64,000 bases of DNA from Candidatus Woesearchaeota archaeon. Lineage in GTDB: Archaea; Nanobdellota; Nanobdellia; Woesearchaeales; GW2011-AR9. The notes under the pieces are model-generated. The model searched no databases. It had not been told where the DNA came from and was given only the letters and a program-made list of their open reading frames with translations. The translations under genes and the position numbers were made by a program. This document shows, piece by piece, positions 9,370 to 19,206 of this stretch (within the stretch, counting starts at the first letter, position 1; every line of letters starts with the position of its first letter). The stretch spans positions 29,803-93,802 of the forward strand of contig JAGVZN010000019.1 of assembly GCA_018302605.1 (NCBI GenBank). The letters run 5' to 3'.

Positions 9370-10203
9370 ATGAAAACAAGACCACAAGTTTTAGAACCAC
9401 AAGCGACACAAGCACCAACATCAAAACCACAACTATCGATAATCGTCCCCTGCTACAATGAAAAAGAGAATATTCCTCTCATTCTTCAAAGATTTAAAGA
9501 AGTTATCGGCACCCTTGACGTAGAACTAATTCTGGTCAATAATGGTTCTACAGATAACTCACAACAGATCATTGACGAAGAATTAAAAAAGCCGGAATAC
9601 GCATTTGCCAAGACGATACTTGTGCCGAAGAACATTGGGTACGGAAATGGTATCACCTTCGGCTTAAAACATGCACAAGGGGATCTTCTCGCCTACACGC
9701 ATGCCGATCTGCAATGTGATCCCCAGGATGTCCTTCGCGCTTACGAAATCATCTCACAAGAAAAACAGCCAGAGAAATACCTGATAAAAGGTCGAAGAAC
9801 AGAGAGAAAAATCATCCCTCAGCTTCTGACAACCGGTTTCCAGATCTCCGCAGCAATCTTATTCTGGAAGAATTTCCATGAGATCAATGCCCAACCAAAA
9901 GTATTTCATCGCCAATTTCTCAGCGCCCTGTCCTCTCCTCCTCTTGATTTCAACTTAGATTTCTACGTGCTCTACAAAGCAAAGAAAGAGAAGCTGAACA
10001 TCGTCAGCATCCCTGTCCACTTCCCCGATCGCCGCTACGGGCAATCTAAATGGGCATTCAGCCATCTCTCCAAATTAAAAACCATCCACAAATTTTTAAA
10101 ATATCAAGCCCTGCTCCGCTTCAGAGGAGAAGAATATACAGCCGTCAAGAATCGTCAGTGGATGCAGCAAGAAGTGGGTGATCTCAACAATGAAACAATA
10201 TAA
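9370..10203 (+). CDS. family 2 glycosyltransferase (dolichol-phosphate sugar synthase-like)
   Basis: LSIIVPCYNEKENI ... LVNNGSTDNSQQII ... HADLQCDP: GT2 DxD-type fold motifs. Confidence 0.8.
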   Translation: MKTRPQVLEPQATQAPTSKPQLSIIVPCYNEKENIPLILQRFKEVIGTLDVELILVNNGSTDNSQQIIDEELKKPEYAFAKTILVPKNIGYGNGITFGLKHAQGDLLAYTHADLQCDPQDVLRAYEIISQEKQPEKYLIKGRRTERKIIPQLLTTGFQISAAILFWKNFHEINAQPKVFHRQFLSALSSPPLDFNLDFYVLYKAKKEKLNIVSIPVHFPDRRYGQSKWAFSHLSKLKTIHKFLKYQALLRFRGEEYTAVKNRQWMQQEVGDLNNETI

Positions 10204-10456
10204 GATTGTCTTTGATCGGAAAGCATGCATCGGCGCATACTCTTGCGCTGCTGTCGCAGAAGACATCTGGAATTTTGATAACAAAGAGAATAAAGTGGAT
10301 ATCAAATTAGCTGGAATGAAAGGAGACAAAGAAAAACAAGAAGTGATCATTGACGAGAGTATGCTCCAAAAAGCATTGGATTCCGCGGAAGTCTGTCCCG
10401 TCCAAGTCATCAAGATCATCGATCTTGAAACCGGCGAAGAAGTTAAGAGATCTTAA
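10190..10456 (+). CDS. small ferredoxin-like protein (Cx5C...CP family), paralog 2 of 3
   Basis: MKQYKIVFDRKACIGAYSCAAVAEDIWNF...CPVQVIKIIDLETGE. Start chosen at the internal ATG by paralog alignment; overlaps the GT2 stop by 14 nt. Confidence 0.55.
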   Translation: MKQYKIVFDRKACIGAYSCAAVAEDIWNFDNKENKVDIKLAGMKGDKEKQEVIIDESMLQKALDSAEVCPVQVIKIIDLETGEEVKRS

Positions 10457-10466
10457 AGCGTTATCT

Positions 10467-11369
10467 CTAATCAGAGATGTACTCACGCCAATAACGAACT
10501 GACTCTTTCAAATCATCCAAAATCCTGCTGTCAAACGGTTCCCGTTCTTTAAATGATAACTCTAAAAGTAATAACGCCTTAGTACACCCCGCCTGCTGTA
10601 ACGTCTCAACAACTTTCTGTGGCTCAACTTTGCCTTTGGCATTATATTCAGGAAGAAATGTTGCCTGTCCTCCCGACTCCAAACTCTGCTTGAGATGGAT
10701 CAACGGCGCATGAACCGCAAATTCACGCAGCCAAGCATAGGGATTTGTATCATCGGGATTAGAAGAAGAAACATCTCCATGTTCAACATCAAGACAAATC
10801 TTAATCGGAATCGCGCTACCCTCTAACATATTGTGAATTCTCTTTGCCTCTTTGATCGTCTCACCATACTCCCTTTTCACTGACATCGGCTCCCAAGTGA
10901 GATATTTCATCCCTTTCTGCTGAGCATAGACCGCGATTTCTTTCCAAGCATCGACAGTTTGCCGTAACACTTTCTGTTTCCTCTCAGGATTACGCAGGTC
11001 ATGATGCGACATGACCCCAAAATGACTGGACATATTTGTAGCTCCGACCGCTACACCTAAATCAATAAATTTTTTGAACCAGTTCAGCCAATAACTACTC
11101 ACTTTCGGATCAGGATGGGAAAAGTGATTGACCCGCGTAAACGCACCAGTCATGATACTGTCAATCTTAACATTATATTTCAGACAGAGAGCCTTGATTC
11201 TTTTCACGTGATCATTAATAATGTCATCACCTAACGCCGGATTGATCAGGTCAGCGGTGAGTTGAACGTACCGTAATCCTAAATCTTCACCGACAATCTT
11301 CATCCATTCTTCTGGCAGAGGAAAACGGTTTAACGCAAACCCAGTATTGATACCCAATCTCAAATTCAT
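10467..11369 (-). CDS. sugar phosphate isomerase/epimerase (xylose isomerase-like TIM barrel)
   Basis: 300 aa. LGINTGFAL near the N-terminus and E/D/H-rich interior consistent with the AP-endonuclease-2 / xylose isomerase-like fold. First gene of a 3-gene minus-strand operon with 4-nt overlaps. Confidence 0.6.
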   Translation of the reverse strand: MNLRLGINTGFALNRFPLPEEWMKIVGEDLGLRYVQLTADLINPALGDDIINDHVKRIKALCLKYNVKIDSIMTGAFTRVNHFSHPDPKVSSYWLNWFKKFIDLGVAVGATNMSSHFGVMSHHDLRNPERKQKVLRQTVDAWKEIAVYAQQKGMKYLTWEPMSVKREYGETIKEAKRIHNMLEGSAIPIKICLDVEHGDVSSSNPDDTNPYAWLREFAVHAPLIHLKQSLESGGQATFLPEYNAKGKVEPQKVVETLQQAGCTKALLLLELSFKEREPFDSRILDDLKESVRYWREYISD

Positions 11370-12403
11370 GGCTTCACCATCACTTTCAGGCCTTTCATCT
11401 CCTGCATCACCGCGAACGCTTCCTGCACCCGCTCCAATGAAAAACGATGTGTAATCACGCTCTTCACATTAATCTTTCCTGATGCAATAAAATCCATCGC
11501 TAACTGGTTATGTCGCGGAGTAGAACCATGCGAGCCCATCACAAAACATTCTTTGTAATGAATTAAGTTTGAATCAATCTGCGCTGGTCTCGTCCCTTTC
11601 GCCAACCCGCCGAAAAGATTTACTACTCCTCGTTTTGCCACAACGTGTAAAGCCTGCTCATGCGCTTCAACAGCCGGACACATCGTAAAGACTCTATCGA
11701 TACCTTTTCCCGCAGTCAATTCTTTAATTATTTCAATCATATTCTCTTTAGCGCTATTGATATAAACATCTGCACCAAAATTTTTTGCTTCCTCCAAACG
11801 TTGCCCATTCATTTCTGCAAGATAAACTTTTGAAGCACCGAGAGCTTTGGCAACCAGGATACCTAAACAGCCGATCGGCCCGGCGCCGATGATCAAGACA
11901 CTTTTCCCAGGCTGCATCTGTGCTAGCTCAAAACCATTAAGGATACACGCTGTCGGCTCCATCAACGCCGCCTCTTCGTAACCTACAAGTTCGGGAATTT
12001 TAATAATAGGACCATACTTTACCATCATTGGTTCGAGCAGACAATATTCGGCAAAGGCACCAGCAAATTGATAGCCGACCGCATAATTCGCATCACAGCA
12101 ATTGCCTCTTCCATTTGTACAATGCGCACATTCCCCACACGGCACATCCGCACCCAGCGCAACACGATCACCAATGTTCCATTTTTTCACATCATCACCA
12201 ACAGCTACAATCTCGCCAGATGCTTCGTGGCCAATAATTGCCGGATACGTCACACGCGCATTGCCCGACCCAAGGATGCGCATATCCGAACCACAGATAG
12301 CACAGGCATGGATTCTTAGAAGAATCGTACTCGGTTTAACGGAAGGTTTTTCTACCGTATCCAGACGTAAATCATGTAAGCCGTGAAGGACTGCAGCTTT
12401 CAT
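11366..12403 (-). CDS. zinc-dependent medium-chain alcohol/polyol dehydrogenase
   Basis: GHEASGEIVAVGDDV; structural-zinc cysteines CGECAHC; Rossmann GAGPIGCLG. Confidence 0.8.
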   Translation of the reverse strand: MKAAVLHGLHDLRLDTVEKPSVKPSTILLRIHACAICGSDMRILGSGNARVTYPAIIGHEASGEIVAVGDDVKKWNIGDRVALGADVPCGECAHCTNGRGNCCDANYAVGYQFAGAFAEYCLLEPMMVKYGPIIKIPELVGYEEAALMEPTACILNGFELAQMQPGKSVLIIGAGPIGCLGILVAKALGASKVYLAEMNGQRLEEAKNFGADVYINSAKENMIEIIKELTAGKGIDRVFTMCPAVEAHEQALHVVAKRGVVNLFGGLAKGTRPAQIDSNLIHYKECFVMGSHGSTPRHNQLAMDFIASGKINVKSVITHRFSLERVQEAFAVMQEMKGLKVMVKP

Positions 12404-13485
12404 GTTAAATCGCTCTCCGTTGCATTAACCACAAAAATCCCTTTGCAATAATGATCATATTTCCGTTCGTAGAGGTTATCAAACACATCTTTAATCTCTG
12501 AAAGAGGAAAGCGATGGGTAATCACGGGCATCGCTGAAATAGTCCCATCGCTAAGAGAATGTAAAACCTCCTGCCATTCGTTCTCTCCCGGAACAATTAA
12601 AGAATTCCAACTTCCAATCAGAGTAATCTCATTCCTCAAGAGCAATTGAAATGTTTTTTCAGAGAATGAAGTCTCCTTCTGGGGATTTCCCAGCAATGAA
12701 ATAACTCCCCCCTTCTTGACAGTAGTTATTGCCTGATCCTGAAACAAATTCGACCCACTGCATTCTAAGACAACATCAAAGGGGTAATCACTCTTTATGG
12801 AATGCAGTTTCTGGAGATAATCGCCTTCGTTTGAATTTAAAACAAAATCCGCTCCAAGACGCAAAGCAATATCAAGCTTGTGGGCATTACGGTCGATGCC
12901 AACAATTTTAACCGCACCATTTTTCTTTGCCCATTGAATTGCAAACAAGCCAATCGGTCCAAGACCAAAAATGATAACTCTGCCCCCCCTCTTAACTCCA
13001 GCTCGTTTTACCCCACGTAATGCGACGGACAACGGTTCGACGAGGGCCGCCTCTTCTAAAGAGACGTTCTCAGGGACTCTAATGACATTCCGTGCTGGGC
13101 AGACCACATATTCGGCAAACCCCCCATCACAACGCGACCCGAGATAATTATAGTTGCCGCAGAGATTTTCGTTACCATTTAGACAGTAAGAGCAGGAGCC
13201 ACAAGAAACAAGAGGATACACTGTCACCCGATCCCCTGGTTTAAAGCCATCGACTTGGGAACCTACTTGTGAGATTATACCAGAAAATTCATGGCCGGGA
13301 ACAGTCGGAAAAGAATACGTTCCTTTAACTTTAACACGGGGGATATCCGAGCCGCAAATAGCAGCATATTTTACATTCACAAGAATCCAATCATCTTTGA
13401 GGGGGGGTATTTCCCGCTCTTCGTAGCTAATATTATCAATGGCTTTCAAAACACCCGCAAACATAAAATATCCTATTAAAAGCAC
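12400..13485 (-). CDS. zinc-dependent medium-chain alcohol/polyol dehydrogenase (second paralog)
   Basis: PGHEFSGIISQVGSQVDGFKPGDRV; CGSCSYCLNG; GLGPIGLFA. The start could be the internal Met at about 13464. Confidence 0.75.
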   Translation of the reverse strand: MLLIGYFMFAGVLKAIDNISYEEREIPPLKDDWILVNVKYAAICGSDIPRVKVKGTYSFPTVPGHEFSGIISQVGSQVDGFKPGDRVTVYPLVSCGSCSYCLNGNENLCGNYNYLGSRCDGGFAEYVVCPARNVIRVPENVSLEEAALVEPLSVALRGVKRAGVKRGGRVIIFGLGPIGLFAIQWAKKNGAVKIVGIDRNAHKLDIALRLGADFVLNSNEGDYLQKLHSIKSDYPFDVVLECSGSNLFQDQAITTVKKGGVISLLGNPQKETSFSEKTFQLLLRNEITLIGSWNSLIVPGENEWQEVLHSLSDGTISAMPVITHRFPLSEIKDVFDNLYERKYDHYCKGIFVVNATESDLT

Positions 13486-13551
13486 TATATAATGCTTATG
13501 GATTATTATTCATATTACTATTCAGAAAAAGAGTAAGGAGACCAAATCGGG

Positions 13552-15177
13552 ATGTTTTTTAACAATTTTTATAACCCCCACGCAAGATTCAGGGGAATTG
13601 TGGAAAAAAGTGACGAGAACGAAATGATAATTGCAAACGAAGATCAAAAGAAAGATCTGCAGAACATAGCAAAAGGAGCTGGATTCCTTTTTGCCGGCAC
13701 TTTGATGGTCTATGTTTTAAAATTCTTCTATCGGTTACTTGTATCTCGTTATCTCGGGCCCAGTGATTACGGCCTTCTTTCATTAGGAGAAGCAATCGCT
13801 AATGTTGCGATCATCTTCACAACTCTTGGATTAAGTTTTGGCATCATCAAACTTATCCCCCATTATCTCAGTAGAGACGATCCTGCACGAGTACGCGGGA
13901 TGATTTTGGCTATTCTCAAGATTAGTGGACTGATGAGCATCTTCGTCGCCATCGTAACCATCCTCTTCTCACAATATATTGCCATCGGCATCTTTCATAA
14001 GCCATTATTTGTACCGATCATAATCATCACCGCCATCACCATCCCCTTCTTTACGGTCACCAATTCCATCTCAAATATTTTCCTCGCTTTTCAGAGAGTG
14101 AATTACCAGAATCTAATCAACGTTGCTGGACGAGGATTTATTCTCCTATTACTGACGGTAGTTGCGATTGCGTACGATGGAAAACTATTTTGGATAGCAG
14201 TTGCGTATCTTTTCTCTCACATCAGCTCATTGATCATAGGGCTCTACTTCCTTATCCGTAAAAAAATATTTATGATCAGCTCAGAAATTAAGCCCAAGTA
14301 CGAATACTATCAATTGATCAGTTTCTCTTTCCCCATCTTCCTGTCCGGCATCTTTGTACAGATCATGGGCTGGGTTGATACACTCTTTTTAAGTGCTTTA
14401 AAAGAAGCATCAGAGGTTGGGATCTACAACGCCGCCCTGCCGTTAGTCAGTACCCTCTCTATTTTTGTCTCTGTGGTTGGAAACATCTTCCTCCCCACCG
14501 CTTCAAGCCTGTATGCTAAAAACAAAACAGAAAAAGTTGCTGGCCTTTACGCCACCGTTTCCCGATGGACTTTCCTCTCCGGCCTGCCCATCATGTTATT
14601 CATGATTTTCTTTTCAAAACAGATTCTCACTATTTTGTTTGGTGCTGAATATCGGACAGGACATATTGCTCTCCAGATCTTGATCGGAGCGTACTTCTTA
14701 AGATTAAGCTTCGGGCCATCATCCCAAGCGTTGATGATGTTTAACGAGACAAAAAAAATATTTTATATCAATAGCTTCGCTGCCGTGGTAAATGTCATCC
14801 TCAATTATCTCCTCATCCCGCCTTATTCTATGATGGGGGCTGCCATCGCAACGACAGGGTCGATCATCATCCAAGAAGGGTTGATCTTCTGGATTGCGAA
14901 AAAGAAATTGGGCTTTGTCTTCTCCCTGAAAATGTATGCCCGCTACCTCCTCAGCGGCCTCATAGGAATAAGCATTATCTACTGGATGTCAACTCACATG
15001 TCCACCAATGCTTTGACAATCAGTGTGTTAGCTCTAACATACTCCACAATGTATTTTATAATGCTGATCATGCTGGGGGGATTCAGAGAAGAAGATTTGG
15101 TAATTATTCAGGCAATAGAAAAAAAGTTTCACATAAATTTAAATATCTTAACGATGCTTATTAAGAGATTTCTATGA
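13552..15177 (+). CDS. Wzx-like oligosaccharide flippase (polysaccharide biosynthesis protein, MOP superfamily)
   Basis: 541 aa, about 14 predicted TM segments. Preceded by a CTATATAA box and an AGGAG-like element. Confidence 0.75.
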   Translation: MFFNNFYNPHARFRGIVEKSDENEMIIANEDQKKDLQNIAKGAGFLFAGTLMVYVLKFFYRLLVSRYLGPSDYGLLSLGEAIANVAIIFTTLGLSFGIIKLIPHYLSRDDPARVRGMILAILKISGLMSIFVAIVTILFSQYIAIGIFHKPLFVPIIIITAITIPFFTVTNSISNIFLAFQRVNYQNLINVAGRGFILLLLTVVAIAYDGKLFWIAVAYLFSHISSLIIGLYFLIRKKIFMISSEIKPKYEYYQLISFSFPIFLSGIFVQIMGWVDTLFLSALKEASEVGIYNAALPLVSTLSIFVSVVGNIFLPTASSLYAKNKTEKVAGLYATVSRWTFLSGLPIMLFMIFFSKQILTILFGAEYRTGHIALQILIGAYFLRLSFGPSSQALMMFNETKKIFYINSFAAVVNVILNYLLIPPYSMMGAAIATTGSIIIQEGLIFWIAKKKLGFVFSLKMYARYLLSGLIGISIIYWMSTHMSTNALTISVLALTYSTMYFIMLIMLGGFREEDLVIIQAIEKKFHINLNILTMLIKRFL

Positions 15178-15953
15178 AAATAACTCAGCGTCTTGGACTA
15201 AACAGAATCAATGTGAAGAAAGAGAATATTGAAACTGTAAACCAAGAAAGATTCAAAACTCAGGAGAAGAGAAACCACCACCCTGACCAATCTGAGAAGA
15301 GCAAATCTTATTTTGAACAGGATTTATTCCCCCTTTTAAAAACAGAAGAATTTATTTTCCGGGAATACTTAAGAAACAAAGAAGCAAAAATTCTTGTTGC
15401 GGGATGTGGTACGGGAAGAATTCCTTTCCACCTCCTGCGGATGGGATTCACAAAAATAGTTGCTTTTGATATCATCCCAGAAGTCATTCAGATCGCCAAG
15501 AAAATAGAACCATCGCTTGATTTCCGCGTCCTTGATGCTACTAATCTAAACGAATTCAATGCTGAATCGTTTGATCTTGTCATCTTTCCGTACAACGGAA
15601 TCGACTATATCCATCCGATAGAAAAAAGAAAAAAAGCCTTGCGCGAGATCCATCGCATTTTGAATGTGGGGGGACAATTTATCTTCAGTTCCCATAATAG
15701 CAGGCTAATCAGCTATAAAAAAATACCAGTACTTCTACGAACTCTTCTCAGCGGCTTGCTTTTCACAGGATATTATGTTAATTATGGGGAACACGGCTTC
15801 ATTATCACAAAATACAGCTCGATAGGACGAATTAAGAAAGAACTTGCTGGATGCGGATTTAAAGATATCCATGTTAAAGGCGATTTTTCTTCAACAGTCA
15901 GAAATTACGTCTCTTGTAAGTATTGTCATTACATCGCAAAAAAGGAACCATAA
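15174..15953 (+). CDS. class I SAM-dependent methyltransferase
   Basis: Motif I KILVAGCGTGRIPFHL. Starts with a 4-nt overlap on the flippase stop. Confidence 0.75.
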   Translation: MKITQRLGLNRINVKKENIETVNQERFKTQEKRNHHPDQSEKSKSYFEQDLFPLLKTEEFIFREYLRNKEAKILVAGCGTGRIPFHLLRMGFTKIVAFDIIPEVIQIAKKIEPSLDFRVLDATNLNEFNAESFDLVIFPYNGIDYIHPIEKRKKALREIHRILNVGGQFIFSSHNSRLISYKKIPVLLRTLLSGLLFTGYYVNYGEHGFIITKYSSIGRIKKELAGCGFKDIHVKGDFSSTVRNYVSCKYCHYIAKKEP

Positions 15954-15978
15954 GAAAAAGAGAGAAAAGAAAGAGCAA

Positions 15979-16836
15979 ATGAAAAACACGACTGGAAAAT
16001 TATTGATCTATTGGGACTATGAGCTTCAGCAAGGAGCTGATGTTTCTACCCAGAAGTACAAAGATGGAGTAGAAGACTATCATCAAACAGAATTTATCTT
16101 AAACTATCTTCAAGATAAGCCGATCCCCACCTGTTTCGCCGTGGTTGGAATTACAGCGGAGAGGGGAGGACTTCCGTATCATGCGCCCCAACAATTGAAG
16201 AAAATGGCCAAACTGGGGCATGAAGTGGGGAGTCACACCTATTCTCACAAAAGAATCACCCAACTAAACTTTCCGGAATTAGTCGCAGAATTACAGAAAA
16301 GCAAACAAGCCATTGAGAAAGCAAGTGGACAGAAGTGTACTGCTTTTGTTCCCCCCTGGGATAAACCACAATTCTTCTTCAATCTGGCTATCGATTTTAA
16401 ACCCGGAACTATCTTTCCAAAGAACAGTATTCTCAACAAAGAAAAAATACTTCACGCACTCCGACAGACGGGTTATAAAACATATCGCACCTGCCCTCTA
16501 ACCTCCCGCTTCGCCCTTTTTCATCTCTCCAAGCCAAAATACTCCAAAGGGATTATAGAAATACCTTGCCGTCTGAGCAACGGGTTTTCCACAGAAGCAA
16601 AGAAATTAGTGAAGAAAGCCATCTCCCAACGCGGCATCGCCGTCATTTATGCTCACCCCCGTGGACTTGCTCATCCAGGGCCACAACATAAACACAAATT
16701 TATCGAATTCATTGATTTCGTCGAGAAACAGATCGAAAGAAAAAAGCTTGAAGTTGTTCTCCCACACGATTTGCAAAGAGAATCACTTCTCAAAAAAGAT
16801 TTTCCACAGCAACCAAGAAGAATAGGGAGAGAATGA
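15979..16836 (+). CDS. polysaccharide deacetylase (CE4 / NodB homology domain)
   Basis: HTYSHKRITQLNFPEL (NodB H-[ST]-x-x-H motif). Start moved from the ORF-track 15844 to the ATG at 15979 (MKNTTGKLLIYW) to avoid overlap with the methyltransferase. Motif 1 (TFDDG) is divergent. Confidence 0.6.
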   Translation: MKNTTGKLLIYWDYELQQGADVSTQKYKDGVEDYHQTEFILNYLQDKPIPTCFAVVGITAERGGLPYHAPQQLKKMAKLGHEVGSHTYSHKRITQLNFPELVAELQKSKQAIEKASGQKCTAFVPPWDKPQFFFNLAIDFKPGTIFPKNSILNKEKILHALRQTGYKTYRTCPLTSRFALFHLSKPKYSKGIIEIPCRLSNGFSTEAKKLVKKAISQRGIAVIYAHPRGLAHPGPQHKHKFIEFIDFVEKQIERKKLEVVLPHDLQRESLLKKDFPQQPRRIGRE

Positions 16837-17885
16837 TGAACCAAGAACAGAGATTGATTACAAAACGAGAAGAGTGGGAAGAGTTACTTGCCATCTTCGA
16901 AGTTAAAGAGAATCTTTTCTTAGATTTTCAAGTGAGTGATGGTCTTCGTAACTGTGATGTAGAGGTGTTTCGCTATGTGTACTATCCAGAAAATGATGCA
17001 GAAGAGAAGCCAACTGCAATCATCCAATGGAACATTGAGATCATCAAAGTACACAAAATTCTAGGAATTGCAAGGATTGCCTGCGGCTCACGTGAGGGGA
17101 ATGGTTTTTTTCATAAAGAATTAAGTATACCAGAACAGCAAATTTATTTGCAAAAATCTCTCAGGGAAACAATCAAACGATCAAAAAGAGGAATATCTTT
17201 ACTTCTCTTGCCAGTATACATCTCAATAGTCTCTGACTGCAAACGAGATATTCTTCCGCATAGCCTCGTCGAAGAAATTTTTTCTGTAGAACTAGACCTC
17301 TCACCATCGGTATTAGAATTAGAATCAAATTTTGACAAAAAGCGTCGGAATGGGATTCGAAAAGCACAAAAAAACGGTATTAGTACGAATATTGATAGAA
17401 CTAAAGAAGGACTCTCTTTCTTTTACGATCTCAAGAAATCACAATATTGGTCTGGTGATGAGAAGACTATTTGGACAAATAGGACAAAAGAAGCGTTTGG
17501 GGCTTACCATCAACGTGCAACAACAGTTGGTAAACATCTACTCTTCATTTCAAAGTACCAAAGAAATAACGTAGCATTTGCCAGTGTCTATTCTATCGAC
17601 AGAAAATTGTTCTACAAAGAGGGTGGTCTAGATAAATCATTTCAGGAATTTCGCCCTCTCGACAGGTTATTGATGGATGTAATCATATGGGGAAAAGAAC
17701 ATGGGTATACCTCTCTTGATTTTTGCGGAGCGAATTTTGATGAGGATAATAACCCCGATGCGAGAACAAAATTTAAGTTGCAGTTTGGCGCCATCCCTAA
17801 GCGATATTATCATTACCAGAAAATAACTCTTCCTTTCGCTGGAAAGAGAACGCCGTTACTCTTTACCCGTCTCTTGACAAAGTAA
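16833..17885 (+). CDS. FemAB-family / GNAT-fold acyl(aminoacyl)transferase
   Basis: 350 aa with internal duplication typical of FemAB / BioF2-like acetyltransferase domains. Confidence 0.5.
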   Translation: MMNQEQRLITKREEWEELLAIFEVKENLFLDFQVSDGLRNCDVEVFRYVYYPENDAEEKPTAIIQWNIEIIKVHKILGIARIACGSREGNGFFHKELSIPEQQIYLQKSLRETIKRSKRGISLLLLPVYISIVSDCKRDILPHSLVEEIFSVELDLSPSVLELESNFDKKRRNGIRKAQKNGISTNIDRTKEGLSFFYDLKKSQYWSGDEKTIWTNRTKEAFGAYHQRATTVGKHLLFISKYQRNNVAFASVYSIDRKLFYKEGGLDKSFQEFRPLDRLLMDVIIWGKEHGYTSLDFCGANFDEDNNPDARTKFKLQFGAIPKRYYHYQKITLPFAGKRTPLLFTRLLTK

Positions 17886-18509
17886 AGAGACGATTTTTCC
17901 CGCAAGATACACCAAACGTTTCTCGGGGAGCAAAACTTTCCTAATTGGCTTCATCTTAACGAATTCTTCTTTCGTCAGATGATCATAATGAATTTGCTTC
18001 TTGCCGAAAGTGCTATCGACAATAGAAGGTTGTCCCAGATCGCCGCGAAAAGGGAATAGTTTGAGATGGAGATGCTCTTTTTTCTCTTGCCAGGTTGTGC
18101 ATTTGCCATAGGCCGCAACGGCCGCGCCCGTTTCACGTGTCGGTGAGACTGCTTTAAATTCTGGCTGTTCTTCGGCCATAATCATCGTCATTGCCGCATT
18201 CAGCTTGCCAAAAGCAAGACCATAATTCTTTGCAAGTTTAGGATTCCCTGCCAGTTGAGCAAAATGAGAAAAATGTCCGAAGGTCATCAGTTGTACTGTA
18301 AAATCTCGCTGAGGATCCCCCCCCGTCTGGGGGGATAATGTTGCAAACCAGCCATTGTCAATGGAATCGCCGATGCGAAAGATGACAACCGCATTATATT
18401 TTGTCCGCGTTCCGATGGGCAACATTGCTTCTTGGCACCAAACGCAATTTTCTTGGAGAGAACTGTCTTCGGCTAAGAGAATTTTTAATTGCTGTACCGT
18501 ATTATGCAT
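17856..18509 (-). CDS. HIT-superfamily (GalT-branch-like) nucleotidyl transferase/hydrolase-like protein
   Basis: N-terminal Zn-knuckle CVWC plus HLHLKL histidine motif; paralog of the divergent 18571-19206 gene. Confidence 0.45.
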   Translation of the reverse strand: MHNTVQQLKILLAEDSSLQENCVWCQEAMLPIGTRTKYNAVVIFRIGDSIDNGWFATLSPQTGGDPQRDFTVQLMTFGHFSHFAQLAGNPKLAKNYGLAFGKLNAAMTMIMAEEQPEFKAVSPTRETGAAVAAYGKCTTWQEKKEHLHLKLFPFRGDLGQPSIVDSTFGKKQIHYDHLTKEEFVKMKPIRKVLLPEKRLVYLAGKIVSLLCQETGKE

Positions 18510-18570
18510 AAATCATCTAACATCAAAAATGCCGTAACATTTATAAAAGATGTGAAAGCAAAATGTTCTT

Positions 18571-19206
18571 ATGACACTTAATGACTTGTTAGGACAAGCA
18601 ACTACAACCAGTAGCGACTGTGTCTTTTGTGATTTCTCCACAGCCGATGTCGGAGAGAAAGATAGCCGCGGCGCAGTGAAAGTATTTCAAACTGGTTCTG
18701 GTTTAGGGCAGGATTGGTATGGTATCCTCCAAACAAGTGTGATCTCCGATCCAAAGAGTGGTTTTCAACTGCTACTTGTCCCTTTAGGTCATATTCAATC
18801 CTTTGCTGAAATCGCTAAGGACATACGATTAGCAGAAAATTATGGAATTGCAACGGCACGATTGAGCTTAGCGATGCAAAGAATCCGAGAAGAAGAATAT
18901 GCCGGTACAGACACATTTACGCCCGGTCAAATCATCTATGGAAAATGTCATACTCCCCAGAACTCACAATCTCATCTTCATTTAAAACTGGATGAATTTA
19001 GTGGGGGTTTAGCACAAGCATTTCCTACAGACCGGGGATGGATCGGAAAGCCCACCCATTACATCAACGAACCGATATTTGGGATATCAATGCAAGTAAG
19101 CGATACATACGTCAGAGCACGACCAGTCACAACCGCAAAATTAGAGTTGGAACGCATCACCGCTCTAGCTGATCGGTTGATTAACTATGCTAAAAGATCA
19201 ATTTAA
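18571..19206 (+). CDS. HIT-superfamily (GalT-branch-like) nucleotidyl transferase/hydrolase-like protein
   Basis: CVFCDF plus HLHLKL motif; paralog of 17856-18509. Confidence 0.45.
   Translation: MTLNDLLGQATTTSSDCVFCDFSTADVGEKDSRGAVKVFQTGSGLGQDWYGILQTSVISDPKSGFQLLLVPLGHIQSFAEIAKDIRLAENYGIATARLSLAMQRIREEEYAGTDTFTPGQIIYGKCHTPQNSQSHLHLKLDEFSGGLAQAFPTDRGWIGKPTHYINEPIFGISMQVSDTYVRARPVTTAKLELERITALADRLINYAKRSI

Noticed and set aside
12028-12386. His/Gln-rich plus-strand ORFs inside the alcohol dehydrogenase gene
   Set aside because: Antisense to a strongly supported Zn-ADH (GHE motif, structural Zn cysteines); the composition is an artefact of the opposite-strand codon usage.
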